This document shows, in pieces, positions 1 to 10,100 of a stretch of 28,943 bases of DNA; position 1 is the first letter of the stretch, and the number at the start of each line of letters is the position of its first letter. The translations under genes were made by a program, and so were the position numbers. Under the pieces are notes generated by a model, which worked only from the letters and a program-made list of their open reading frames with translations, did no database searches and had not been told where the DNA came from. The DNA is taken from positions 1 to 28,943 of the forward strand of contig CAZNAK010000001.1 of NCBI GenBank assembly GCA_964570645.1, in the 5' to 3' direction. The DNA is from an uncultured Cytophagales bacterium (GTDB taxonomy: Bacteria > Bacteroidota > Bacteroidia > Cytophagales > Bernardetiaceae).

Positions 1-308
1 GGTTGATCGAAAAGCAACAAAAATAATTTTTTTTTGTCTCAAATGAATATTGGGAAAATCATATTGTATCCGAATCACCATTACGCTAGATAGTGACTTT
101 GGTGAGCTAGTTTTTTAAAGATAGACGCTACCCAATCGGTGTTCTTTGCTTTCGATGGGATGACTTCGATGCCGACGAATTAGGTAGATACTTACACGGC
201 CTGCAAGGTAAAATAGAATTTAAGGGATATTTCACGGTCATTCATCCTGATAAAATTCGACAACGTGAAATTTTAAAAAAAAAACTTACAAAACGAAGGC
301 GCGATTGA
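1..308 (+). pseudogene. Decayed DUF5615-family PIN-like toxin gene remnant (5' part outside window)
   Basis: Frame 2 (47-115) reads ILGKSYCIRITITLDSDFGELVF then TAA at 116-118. Removing one T from the T6 run (111-116) joins it to frame 3: KDRRYPIGVLCFRWDDFDADELGRYLHGLQGKIEFKGYFTVIHPDKIRQREI..., stop 306-308. The ITxDxDFGELVF...GV..R...F.V......IR.R pattern is typical of DUF5615 PIN-like proteins (recalled, not searched). There is a further in-frame TGA at 44-46. Confidence 0.7.
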
Positions 309-382
309 GGGAGAGGTATTGGTGGAATTGCTGTAGAAAAAATACCAACAAAACATCTGTGCAGCTACCAAGTTTTTGATGC

Positions 383-2746
383 ATGAAAAAGCTATTCGTA
401 CTCACACTTTTTTGGCTTCCTTTTACGGTTTGGGCGCAAAACACCGCGACGCTTTCTGGCTATATCCGTGATGCTCGTACCAGCGAGGGGCTATTGGGGG
501 CAGAAATTCGCTTGGAAGGGACTAAACTTGGCGCAATCGCCGATCCTGAAGGATATTTTGAAATCAAAGACGTTCCTGCAAAAAGCTATAACGTGAAGGC
601 TTCGTATATCGGCTACGAGACCGCAACTAAGTTTAATGTTGTCGTCCGAACGGGCGCAAACCCAGAGTTGATTTTTGAGCTTCCAGAGTCCGCCAGCGAG
701 CTAGAGGAGGTCGTCATTCAGGCAAGTGCTTTTGAGAAGCTGGAGGAAACGCCGCTTTCCATTCAACGCCTCTCCCGTGAGGAAATCGCGACTTATCCCG
801 GAGGAAACAATGATATCGCTAAAGTTGTGCAGTCCTTGCCGGGGGTATCGGGTTCGGTGGGTGGCTTTCGGAACGACGTAATTATCCGAGGTGGTGCGCC
901 CAGCGAAAACGTATATTATTTGGATGGTATCGAAATCCCAAATATTAACCACTTTGCCACGCAGGGAAGCGCAGGCGGTCCCGTGGGGCTTTTGAATGTG
1001 TCGTTTTTTGAGGGAGTAACGCTAACCACAGGTGCTTTTGGGGCGCAGTACGATAATGTGCTTTCGGGAGTCCTACAGTTTGACCAGCGCGAGGGCAACG
1101 CCAAGGGATACAACACAAACTTACGGATAAGCTCTAGCGAAACCGCCCTGACCGTAGAGGGACCGATGTTCAAAAAGAAAGAAAATGAACGCGGCAAGAC
1201 GACTTTTATCGGTTCGGTGCGTCGTTCTTACCTTCAACTTCTCTTTCAAGCCATCGGACTACCCTTCTTGCCCGACTATTGGGACTATCAGTATAAAGTC
1301 AATCACAAAATGGATAGTCGTAACGAGTTTAATTTCATTGGACTAGGTTCGATTGATGACTTTTCTATCAACGCAGATGACGATCTCGATGCAGAGCAGC
1401 AGGCTACTTTAGAGCAAGTTCCCGTGATTAAGCAGCAGACGACGACACACGGCGTAAGCTGGTTGCATCGCCTCAAAGACGGAAAGGGCTTTATGCGAAC
1501 GGCATTAAGTACGAATTATTTTCAAAATAACTTTGAACGATACGAAGATAACGAGAACCAAGAAGGGCTATTTTTTCGGAACGAGTCTGTGGAGTGGGAG
1601 ACCAAATTACGCTATGAGCTGACACGTTTTGCGGGCGAGTGGACGCTAGGGGCGGGGGCGACGTTCCAAAATGCGTACTACGAAAGCAAAACCTTTGATG
1701 GTAATAACAACGTGGATTTTGATGTAGATAATAACTTTGTGCGCTATGGCGGGTATTTTCAAGCTTCGCGTGGGTTTGTCAATAATCGTATTCGTCCTTC
1801 GTTTGGGATTCGCTTTGACGGAAATACGTTCACGGACACAGGAAACGAGTTCTGGCGGACGTTATCGCCGCGTTTTGCCCTTGCGGTACAGTTAGATGAG
1901 TCCGCCCGATGGACATTTAATGCCTCGGCAGGTCGCTATTTCAAGATTCCTCCCTACACAGTTTTGGGTTTTCAGAGTTCCGAAGGACAGTTTGCTAATC
2001 AAGATGCTGAATACATCCGCAGCGACCACCTAGTGTCTGGGTTTGAGTTCCTCCCCACCCCTTCTACGCGCCTAACCGTTGAGGGATTTTTGAAGCTCTA
2101 CAACAACTACCCTGTTTCTACACGAGATAGTGTTTCGTTGGCAAATCTAGGCGGCGGCTTTGAGGTATTTGGTAACGAAGCGATTGAGAGCGTGGGCAAA
2201 GGGCGTGCGTATGGAGTGGAGTTTTTGTATCAACAAAAGCTGGCGAAAAACTTTTACGGGATTCTGGCCTACACACTTTACTGGAGCGAGTACACAGGTT
2301 TTGACGGGGAGGAGTATCTTCCCTCAGTTTGGGATAACCGCCACCTGCTAACCTTTACGGGTGGCTATAAGCTACCCCGAAATTGGGAACTCGGGCTTCG
2401 GGCAAGGGTCTTGGGAAGTACGCCGTTTGCACCCGTTGATACCGAGGCGACGAACGCCGTTTATCCGCAGTTCGTCTTTGCCTACGACCAACTCGGACAA
2501 GAACGACTCGAAACCTTTTCGCAGATTGATGTTCGGATCGACAAAAAGTGGAACTTCAAAAAATGGACGCTAGACCTTTTCTTGGAGGTACAAAACGTGT
2601 TAGGTAGCCAGATTCCAAGTCCACCTACGTACGGACTCGCACGAAACGACCAAGGGCAAGTTGAAACCCCGCAACGCATAATCGAGATTATAGGTGTCGA
2701 TAATAGTGCCGTACTGCCTTCCTTGGGCGTGGTCATAGACTTCTGA
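383..2746 (+). CDS. TonB-dependent outer membrane receptor with N-terminal carboxypeptidase-regulatory-like domain
   Basis: 787 aa. Signal peptide (VWA|Q); LSGYIRDARTSEGLLGAEI N-terminal CarboxypepD_reg-like domain; plug motifs (LPGV, IRGG..SEN.YYLDGI.I.N.NH); alternating beta-strands; C-terminal Phe (VVIDF). Substrate unknown. Confidence 0.93.
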   Translation: MKKLFVLTLFWLPFTVWAQNTATLSGYIRDARTSEGLLGAEIRLEGTKLGAIADPEGYFEIKDVPAKSYNVKASYIGYETATKFNVVVRTGANPELIFELPESASELEEVVIQASAFEKLEETPLSIQRLSREEIATYPGGNNDIAKVVQSLPGVSGSVGGFRNDVIIRGGAPSENVYYLDGIEIPNINHFATQGSAGGPVGLLNVSFFEGVTLTTGAFGAQYDNVLSGVLQFDQREGNAKGYNTNLRISSSETALTVEGPMFKKKENERGKTTFIGSVRRSYLQLLFQAIGLPFLPDYWDYQYKVNHKMDSRNEFNFIGLGSIDDFSINADDDLDAEQQATLEQVPVIKQQTTTHGVSWLHRLKDGKGFMRTALSTNYFQNNFERYEDNENQEGLFFRNESVEWETKLRYELTRFAGEWTLGAGATFQNAYYESKTFDGNNNVDFDVDNNFVRYGGYFQASRGFVNNRIRPSFGIRFDGNTFTDTGNEFWRTLSPRFALAVQLDESARWTFNASAGRYFKIPPYTVLGFQSSEGQFANQDAEYIRSDHLVSGFEFLPTPSTRLTVEGFLKLYNNYPVSTRDSVSLANLGGGFEVFGNEAIESVGKGRAYGVEFLYQQKLAKNFYGILAYTLYWSEYTGFDGEEYLPSVWDNRHLLTFTGGYKLPRNWELGLRARVLGSTPFAPVDTEATNAVYPQFVFAYDQLGQERLETFSQIDVRIDKKWNFKKWTLDLFLEVQNVLGSQIPSPPTYGLARNDQGQVETPQRIIEIIGVDNSAVLPSLGVVIDF

Positions 2747-2754
2747 GTGCGTAA

Positions 2755-3723
2755 CTATTCGTTATAGAGTACTGCCAACACGGTTTCGCCTACTTGAGCA
2801 AGCGTTAGTTTGTCAATAATTCCCAGGTCATCTTCGTGGGTATGCCAGTAGCTCCCGAAGTACGTGTTTGTTTGTGGGTCGTGTTGAATGATGTCTATCA
2901 TCGGAATACCCGCCTGAGTGCTAACATAGTAATGATCATCTATGATGGAGCTTGACTTTTGATTGACGAAAGTCGCCCCATATCCCAAACGCTCGGCAGT
3001 CATCCAAACGTTATTGACCACGCTTGGAGCAAATTGATCGGAGTGTCCCTCACGGTAGAATTTTGCACCCTTTGCACCGACCATATCCAAGAGTATCCCA
3101 TAAAACGCTTTGTAGCCTTCGGGCATTTTATTCTTGCTCCAATACTGCGACCCTAGACAGTAGGAATTTGGTGTGCCACCATTACCGTAATCTTCGAGGT
3201 CAAAAAGCATGATATCTACGCCTACATTTGGCTTTCTGGAGGCAGACTGAAGTACGCGCGCTATTTCTAGAAGTACGCCTACGCCGCTTCCTCCGTCGTT
3301 TGCACCGAGGATCGGCTCGTTGACACGCTCTTCGTCTTGGTCAGCAAAAGGACGGGTATCCCAATGAGCAGCCAGTAGCACCCGCTTTTTTACCGACGGA
3401 TTAAACTGTGCCATGATATTACGACCCGAAAGTTCTGTTCCGTCAAATGCTAGTGCCTCCACTTCCTGAACGAGGACGTTAAGTCCAAAACTCCCCAGTT
3501 TTTTAATCAAGAGGTCACCGCAGGCCTGATGTTCAGCGGAATTAGGCACGCGCGGTCCAAAATCTACCTGCGCCTTCACGTAGGCATACGCAGAGTCGGC
3601 ACTGAAACGAGGCGCGGTCACAAATTTTGGGGGTGTTTTATCTTCTGGTATTTCCGAGGACTTTTCAGGGCTATCACACTGAGTTAAAAAAAGGATTAAA
3701 AGTAAGGCAGCAAAGATACGCAT
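2755..3723 (-). CDS. M28-family lipoprotein, probable animal-type glutaminyl-peptide cyclotransferase (glutaminyl cyclase) of Bacteroidota
   Basis: Lipobox LTQC. Motifs FGPRVPNS..H, LLAAHWDTRP, GANDGGSGVGVLLE, FDLEDYG, LLDMVG, IDDH, YWHT match the M28/QC fold and Zn ligands, as in the Porphyromonas/Tannerella QC enzymes. Confidence 0.85.
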   Translation of the reverse strand: MRIFAALLLILFLTQCDSPEKSSEIPEDKTPPKFVTAPRFSADSAYAYVKAQVDFGPRVPNSAEHQACGDLLIKKLGSFGLNVLVQEVEALAFDGTELSGRNIMAQFNPSVKKRVLLAAHWDTRPFADQDEERVNEPILGANDGGSGVGVLLEIARVLQSASRKPNVGVDIMLFDLEDYGNGGTPNSYCLGSQYWSKNKMPEGYKAFYGILLDMVGAKGAKFYREGHSDQFAPSVVNNVWMTAERLGYGATFVNQKSSSIIDDHYYVSTQAGIPMIDIIQHDPQTNTYFGSYWHTHEDDLGIIDKLTLAQVGETVLAVLYNE

Positions 3724-3736
3724 GAGCTTTTTGTTT

Positions 3737-3744
3737 CAAAGGTA
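3737..3744 (-). promoter_or_regulatory. Candidate Bacteroidota sigma70 -7 box (TACCTTTG) for the QC gene
   Basis: Plus-strand CAAAGGTA is TAnnTTTG on the minus strand, 13 nt upstream of the ATG at 3723. No clear -33 box. Confidence 0.5.
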
Positions 3745-3781
3745 AAGAAAATAATCCCATTTTGGAGACGTTCCCTGTGTA

Positions 3782-4069
3782 ATGAATAGATACCTTTTTA
3801 GTCTAGTTTTTATATTGCTTCTGGCAAGCTGCAAGACCGCCGAACCCACAGGATATGCAGGCGAAGTGCCCCCTGAGCGTATGAGTAGCCGTCAATACAA
3901 GGCGTGGAGAAAAGATGAGCGTCCGCCGACCCTTGAGGAATATGCGAAACTCTCTCCGCGACTTCAGCACAAGTGGCTTAAGCGGCTCAGCCATCCGCAG
4001 TACAACGACCCAATGTATTTTGGTCAAAAGCGTCCTCCTAAAAAGCGAAAAAAGAAAAAACAAAAGTAA
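3782..4069 (+). CDS. Small hypothetical lipoprotein with polybasic C-terminus
   Basis: 95 aa. Lipobox LASC after a hydrophobic stretch; ends YNDPMYFGQKRPPKKRKKKKQK. Confidence 0.75.
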   Translation: MNRYLFSLVFILLLASCKTAEPTGYAGEVPPERMSSRQYKAWRKDERPPTLEEYAKLSPRLQHKWLKRLSHPQYNDPMYFGQKRPPKKRKKKKQK

Positions 4070-4169
4070 CCTTTAATGCGCGAGGGAAGGCGTATCGTTG
4101 GTAGATCTTCATAGTTTTGTAACATTGATGACCTGTACATCAGGCTTCTATCTTGATTTAAACGCTTCT

Positions 4170-4967
4170 TTATTCCGCCTTTAGCGCGTGTATTCCTTTT
4201 GTTTTTTTCTTCCGAACACGCATATTGAGTAACTCCACGATAAAGGCAAACGCCATGGCAAAATATACATAGCCTTTCGAGACTTCCCGTCCGAGGGCTT
4301 CGGAGGTGAGTAAAAAGCCAATCAGAATTAAAAAAGAGAGGGCAAGAATTTTTAGCGGTGGATTGCGGTCAATAAACGCACTAACTGATTTGACAAAGGC
4401 AATCATCAAAGCCATTGAGATCATCACGGCAACAATCATGATGATTACTTCATCAACCAAACCGATAGCGGTTAGGATAGAGTCAAAAGAAAATACGATG
4501 TCGATGAGGACGATTTGAAGAATTACCCCCGAAACGGACACTACGTTCTTCTTTTTTTTATCCTTTTCTTCTATTCCAAAGGTGATTTTTTCGTGAATCT
4601 CGGAAACACTCTTTGCAATCAGAAAGAGTCCGCCCGCCAGTAGGATGAGGTCACGGATATTGATGCCGAGGTGTATATATTTTTCGCTGTCGGTAGGATA
4701 ATCCAGTCCGATAAGGTCGCTAATATTGAATAGGTCTGCCTGAAGGCTCATGATCCAAGTAATGCCAAAGAGCATAGCGATACGTACGACCAAAGCTAAA
4801 GCGAGTCCTAAATTACGGGCAAAAGGACGGCGTTCTTCGGGAAGTTTATCAGTCAAGATGCTGATAAAGATGAGGTTGTCAATACCCAGTACAATCTCAA
4901 GTGCGCTCAGGGTCAGAAGGCTAACAAGCCCTTCTCCTGTTAAAAATACGCTGAAATCTATCTTCAT
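4170..4967 (-). CDS. terC: TerC-family integral membrane protein
   Basis: LEIVLGIDNLIFI and DIVFSFDSILTAIG motifs; about 7 hydrophobic helices; P.LK.LAL.FL.LIG and KGYVYFAMAF. Confidence 0.93.
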   Translation of the reverse strand: MKIDFSVFLTGEGLVSLLTLSALEIVLGIDNLIFISILTDKLPEERRPFARNLGLALALVVRIAMLFGITWIMSLQADLFNISDLIGLDYPTDSEKYIHLGINIRDLILLAGGLFLIAKSVSEIHEKITFGIEEKDKKKKNVVSVSGVILQIVLIDIVFSFDSILTAIGLVDEVIIMIVAVMISMALMIAFVKSVSAFIDRNPPLKILALSFLILIGFLLTSEALGREVSKGYVYFAMAFAFIVELLNMRVRKKKTKGIHALKAE

Positions 4968-5083
4968 GTAAGTAAAAGCCTTTAAAAAGGTAAGTGTTCG
5001 CCGGAGGTAATGCCTTTTCTGGGAAGTAGGGAGGAATAGGTAATAATTTGGACAGCCGCCCGAGAAGTCGGATATTTGTGTTT

Positions 5084-5275
5084 ATGAATAAAAAAAATGC
5101 AGCCCGGCTTTCTTTGGTTCGATCTATCCTTTTTTTAGTGGTGGGTTTACTGGTCTTATTTACTGAAGTATTTGCTTCTTTGGGCGAATATCGTTATGCT
5201 TTTGGGGGTTTTGCGATCCTCTATGCGCTCTTTCGATTCGGGTATTGGTGGTATCTGTATCGGGACAAAGAATAA
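5084..5275 (+). CDS. Small two-TM membrane protein (about 63 aa), upstream of exbB
   Basis: In-frame ATG at 5084 (MNKKNAARLSLVRSILFLVVG...). Two hydrophobic segments; GGFAILYALFRFGYWW. The track's TTG at 5048 is a less likely start. Confidence 0.6.
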   Translation: MNKKNAARLSLVRSILFLVVGLLVLFTEVFASLGEYRYAFGGFAILYALFRFGYWWYLYRDKE

Positions 5276-5317
5276 AATTGTGTAACTTCGTCCACTACCC
5301 AACAAACTCCTATTCTA

Positions 5318-5971
5318 ATGAAAGAAACCCTTAATTCGGCTGCCGAGCCGATCATGCTGTGGGACCTATTTCTGCAAGGTGGTGTCACGATGCTTTTTAT
5401 CACACTGATTTTTATCTGGGCAGTGTTCATCATCTTTGAACGTCTGTTAACGCTCTCGCGCACCTATCAAAACACCGAAACATTGACGGGGCAGATCCGC
5501 GTCGCGCTTCAGGAAGGTACCATTCAGGAAGCCATCGCGATCTGTGAGAAACGTAAGTCTTCACCTTTTAACCGTATGCTTCATAAGGGCTTAGAGCGTA
5601 TGAAGTTCACCAAAGAGATCAAACCCGTTAAGGTAGCCATTGAGGACATGGGCGAGCTTGAGCTATTCAAACTCGAAAAGAACCTGACTACTTTAGCTAC
5701 GCTAGCCGGTGCAGCTCCGATGCTAGGATTTTTGGGTACGGTAATCGGGATGATCGAAGTGTTCATGGATTTACATAATCTTGAGGGTTCGATTACGCCA
5801 CAAATGCTCTCGGAAGGAATTTATCAGGCGATGGTTACGACGGCAGGCGGTCTAGCTGTTGGTATTGTCGCGTATGTGGCTTACAATGTACTGACAGCCA
5901 GAGTACAAAAGGTTGTTTACACGATGAAGCAACTGACGTTTGAGTTTTTGGATAACCTACAAAGTGCTTAA
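5318..5971 (+). CDS. exbB: MotA/TolQ/ExbB proton-channel protein
   Basis: LATLAGAAPMLGFLGTVIGMI and GIYQAMVTTAGGLAVGIVA motifs; three TM segments. Confidence 0.93.
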   Translation: MKETLNSAAEPIMLWDLFLQGGVTMLFITLIFIWAVFIIFERLLTLSRTYQNTETLTGQIRVALQEGTIQEAIAICEKRKSSPFNRMLHKGLERMKFTKEIKPVKVAIEDMGELELFKLEKNLTTLATLAGAAPMLGFLGTVIGMIEVFMDLHNLEGSITPQMLSEGIYQAMVTTAGGLAVGIVAYVAYNVLTARVQKVVYTMKQLTFEFLDNLQSA

Positions 5972-5982
5972 TCAACGCTATT

Positions 5983-6381
5983 ATGCCCCTCGAATCACGT
6001 AACAAGATCAATCCGATGTTTAATATGTCTTCAATGACAGACATCGTTTTCTTGCTTTTATTATTTTTTATTTTGACCTCAGGCTCCGTAATTCCTTTGA
6101 GCTTACCCATTGACCCTCCTTCAAGCAGGAGTTCCGTTAAGGTAATGCCTAAAATACACGTTGCGATCACCAAAAATCTGGAATACGCCGTTGGAGAGAC
6201 AAAGATCAACGCCAGCCAACTCGAAGCTGAAATTCGACGCGCGCTCCCGATAGACGATGAAGGCGTGGTAGTACTCCATGCAGACAAAACGGTACCTGTC
6301 GAGAAGGTAATTGAGGTGGTGGATATTGCAAACCGGCTGGGCGTTAAAATCTCGGTAGCCATTCAACCTGCTTCGTCATGA
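5983..6381 (+). CDS. exbD: ExbD/TolR biopolymer transport protein
   Basis: NMSSMTDIVFLLLLFF TM with the conserved Asp; C-terminal VVLHADKTVP.EKVIEVVDIA. Confidence 0.93.
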   Translation: MPLESRNKINPMFNMSSMTDIVFLLLLFFILTSGSVIPLSLPIDPPSSRSSVKVMPKIHVAITKNLEYAVGETKINASQLEAEIRRALPIDDEGVVVLHADKTVPVEKVIEVVDIANRLGVKISVAIQPASS

Positions 6382-7124
6382 AACTATCCGAAGGCCTTCG
6401 TGAGCGTCGTCTAGCGGCTCGGAACCGTCTTCAAAGTGGGGTATTTACGACGCTCATCTTTTTGGTACTTTTTGGACTTGTACGAGCGTGTCAAGTTTGG
6501 GAAGCCCCCATTCCTCCTCCGCCCCGCCAAGGCATGATTATGGATTTTGGTAGTTTGGTAGAGGGGGCATCCCCTCAGGAAGAAATAGAACCAGTGAAAG
6601 AGACCATACAGCCGCAACCAGTACGACCTGATAACTCCGAGGTGGTTACGGCAGAAAACGACTTACCCGAACTTGAAGAGACGATTGAACCCGTAGAAGA
6701 AGTTCCGCAGGAAGCAACCGAGGAAGTCGAAGAGGCATCTCCCGAAGTTCCTTCCAATGAACTCACCGAGGAAGAAGATCCCGGTGATACCGGACAACCT
6801 GATGCGACACAGGCTAGTGACCAAAAAGAAGTAGAGGAAAATGGAGAAGAGGGAACCTCGCTCGACCTAGTGGGTTGGGAGTGGGATGCGCCTCCCAGAC
6901 CAAATGACAACTCTAATGAGCTTGGAAAGCTTGTATTCCAGATTGTTATAGATGATCGCGGTGAGGTACTGGCGGCAAATACTGAGAGTCGTCTTGGCAT
7001 CTCGTATCAGGTGGCTGAACTCTATCGCAAAGAGATTTTATCGCTTACGTTTTCGCCAACCCGCGCAAGCGATCCCCCACTCCGAACACAAGGTAGGGTT
7101 ACGATTGTATTGAAAAAAGAATAG
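6378..7124 (+). CDS. TonB/TolA-like energy transducer
   Basis: ATGA overlap with exbD. N-terminal TM anchor, Pro/Glu-rich acidic linker, and a C-terminal TonB_C-like beta-alpha-beta domain (GKLVFQIVIDDRGEV...TFSP...QGRVTIVL). Confidence 0.75.
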   Translation: MKLSEGLRERRLAARNRLQSGVFTTLIFLVLFGLVRACQVWEAPIPPPPRQGMIMDFGSLVEGASPQEEIEPVKETIQPQPVRPDNSEVVTAENDLPELEETIEPVEEVPQEATEEVEEASPEVPSNELTEEEDPGDTGQPDATQASDQKEVEENGEEGTSLDLVGWEWDAPPRPNDNSNELGKLVFQIVIDDRGEVLAANTESRLGISYQVAELYRKEILSLTFSPTRASDPPLRTQGRVTIVLKKE

Positions 7125-7133
7125 AAAGATAGA

Positions 7134-10100
7134 TTACAGACGGATGCCTAAGACGCTTATATCATCTCGTTGTTCCATCGAACGCTGATGGCTGTTGAGG
7201 GCTTCCTGAATCTCATGTCCTTGTTCCTTGAGTGGCAAGGAGACAATACGTTTGATTAATTCAAAAAATTTCATAGAACCAAACTTTCGTCCACCTTCAG
7301 GACTATTCTGGTCTATAATACCATCGGTGTAGAGGTACAAAGTACTCCCCTTTTCTAATACAAAAGTTTCTTGTTCAAACGCTTTTCTACCACGCTGACG
7401 ACCGCCGATAGACCGCCTTGTACCCCGATATTTTTTGACCTGTTTCTCCCCAGCATCGTAATAAATTAAGGACTGAGAAGCTCCCGAGTACACAATTTCA
7501 TTGTCTTTTATCCTGCAAAGGCTAATATCCATCCCATCTTCGTTTGCTCCTCCTTCTTGGTGAAGGGCGTTCCGAAGTTCAAGGTGGAGATTTTCTAGTA
7601 TTTCCGCGGGTTCGCGTACAGCTCGCTCAATGACAATTTCATTTAGCAGTGTGTTGCCGATCATTGACATAAATGCACCCGGCACACCATGTCCCGTGCA
7701 ATCTGCTACCACGACAAACCAAGTCTCATCAACCTGAGCAGCCCAATAAAAATCACCCGAAACAATGTCTCTTGGTCTAAAGAGAACAAAATATTCACAT
7801 CCGATACGTGACAGCTCTTCGGCGGGAGGCAGAACGGCATTTTGTATGGTTTGCGCATATCGAAGACTATCTATTGTACGCCGATTTTCTTTTTGAATGT
7901 TTGTGTACATTCGTGAGTTGGCAAGCGCAATAGAAACGTAGGATCCGAGTGTACGTAAGAAGGTCAGGTCACGTTCTCCGTAAGTGTTCTTTTCAAAGCT
8001 CTGCACAGTCAGAACGCCTAACGAAGTATCTTCAACAACTAGAGGTAAATAAATAACGGACTGTGGAATTTTTCCTGCATGCGCTTTAAGTTCTACCTGA
8101 TCTAAATAATCCCTTAGTTCGTTATCAACATCATTAATAAACACTTCTTCTTGTGTGTGGTAACAACGTACTGCTGGGCTGCTAACGTCGTTTAGGCTTT
8201 CGGCATCAAAGGGAAGCTCTTCACCCTCTTCCATGAAGCCTCGAAACTCAAGCTGTTGACGCTCACGATTGAGAACACCAATACCAAAAGCCTCGGCGGG
8301 CATCAGTTCATTTACGTTTGCGTAAACTTCTTTAATGAGCTGTTCGGTATCTAGTTGTGCTGTTATTTTTTGACCAATATCGCTCAATGTTTTTACATTC
8401 TCGAAGGCTCTTTCCACCTTTTGTTTCTCCTTACGAAGTTCTACGGTCTGCTCTTGAATCTGCTTAGTCCGGTCGGCGACAGTCTGTTCTAACTGCTTAT
8501 TTTTTCTACGTACACGTCGTGTATTCCATTGGATACTAAGAAAGAGGGTAAGTGCTGCAATGATTACATAACCTAAGTAAGCCCACCAAGTCCTGAACCA
8601 AGGAGGTGCTATCGAGAAACGAATCGTACTCGCTTCACTGACTTGCCCTAAGGCATTTCTGCCTCGGACACTGAACGTATATTTACCCTCCCAAAGGTTA
8701 CTGTACTCTTTTTTGGTTTCTGTTGTCCAAGGTGACCACTCACTTGATTCGTTTTTGGTTTCCAGTTTGAATTGATATAAGTTAGCTTGTTCACTTTCAA
8801 AAAATGGTAAGGCATAGCGAAATATAACAGAACGCTGGTCAGAGTTAAGTTCGAGGGGCGGTGGAGTCTTTGTACCATCATACTGAGAGAACAGCAAAGA
8901 ATCATTTACGACTACTTCCCGAATCAAGACGGGCAGCAATGGGGTAAGCTCAAACTTTTCGATGGGATTATACAAAAACAGTCCTTCCGAGTTGGCAGTC
9001 CATAGCTTTCCATCGGCTTCTACGTACAAGAAATTTTCGAGTGCTTCGGGGAGACGCTGTAGCTCAGGTATCAATTCCCATTCCCATTCGTTCCTTGTGA
9101 CCATTTTGGCCTTTGCCACTGGAGTTTGGCGGGTATTAAAACCACTGATCCAGATATAGTTTCCTTTTTTACCAACCCAATTCACATGACGGCTTTCAGT
9201 GAATAAGAAGTAGTCCTCAAAACGCTCGTCAACCTCGAATACCTCTCCCGTCCAGCGGTGTACCCCTCCGCCGTTGGCAAACACCAACTCTTTTCCAATC
9301 TGATAGACAAACGTTTCAAATAGATACTTTACGGGAATCCCATATTTATCATCATTATACACCTTGACTTTGGGTGTAGGAGACAAGGGAGCTATTACAT
9401 GGACATATCCACTACCGTAAGTACCTGCCCAAAGCGATCCATCTACAGCCTGCACCATGTTACGAATAAGTGGCGAGACCTCAATAAAGCGTAATCTTGT
9501 CCAATTTCCAGTATCATATCGGATTACGGTCACGCCTTCGTTTGAGCCAGCATAGAATATCTCAGGGTTACTTCTATCTTGTATAATACTGGTGGAATTA
9601 TTATTGACCCCTGCGATGATGCTCAGCTTTCCGTCTTTGAACTCAAATACACCTCCGTTATTTGCTAGTAAAAGCGTTTTTTTTCCTCCAGGAAGGGTTA
9701 TAGACTTACCATTCCATGATTGTTTTTCATCCTTACTAAGCGGATAAAAGCGATTATTTTCTTCTAATACGAAATGATTATCACTCGTATGCGCAAATAT
9801 TTTACCTTGATGCCTGACTGCGCCTGTTACATTTCCTTTTAGCCCACTTTGTTTGTCCCATTTGCTTAACGTAGAGGAATATTCTACTTTAACTATCCCT
9901 TTATCAAGTGAAATCCAAAGGTCTCGCTCGCGGTCGAAGTGAGCATAAAAGACACTGCTAGCTATGCCTACTTGGTCCTTTAACATATCTACTTCGCTGC
10001 CATCAGGTGCTGCGACAGCGACTCGTCCGTCAAGCGATGAAAACACATAGCCCTCTTCTTCGTCCCCACTACCCCGGTAAAGCATATTGGTAAACGTAGG

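Noticed and set aside
43-93. 16-codon ORF MNIGKIILYPNHHYAR, a possible leader peptide for the TonB receptor
   Set aside because: It overlaps the PIN-like remnant out of frame, lies 290 nt from the receptor start and has no attenuator structure.
1-382. Possible riboswitch (B12/TPP) ahead of the TonB receptor
   Set aside because: No conserved B12-box or TPP motif is visible, and the region is explained by the pseudogene.
4112-4119. TAGTTTTG promoter-like box pointing antisense into terC
   Set aside because: A 6-base consensus occurs many times by chance in 29 kb, and there is no correctly spaced -33 element.
5835-7000. Long antisense ORFs (175 aa at 5835-6362, 141 aa at 6575-7000)
   Set aside because: These are Ser/Thr-rich shadows of exbD and the tonB-like gene, with no motifs.
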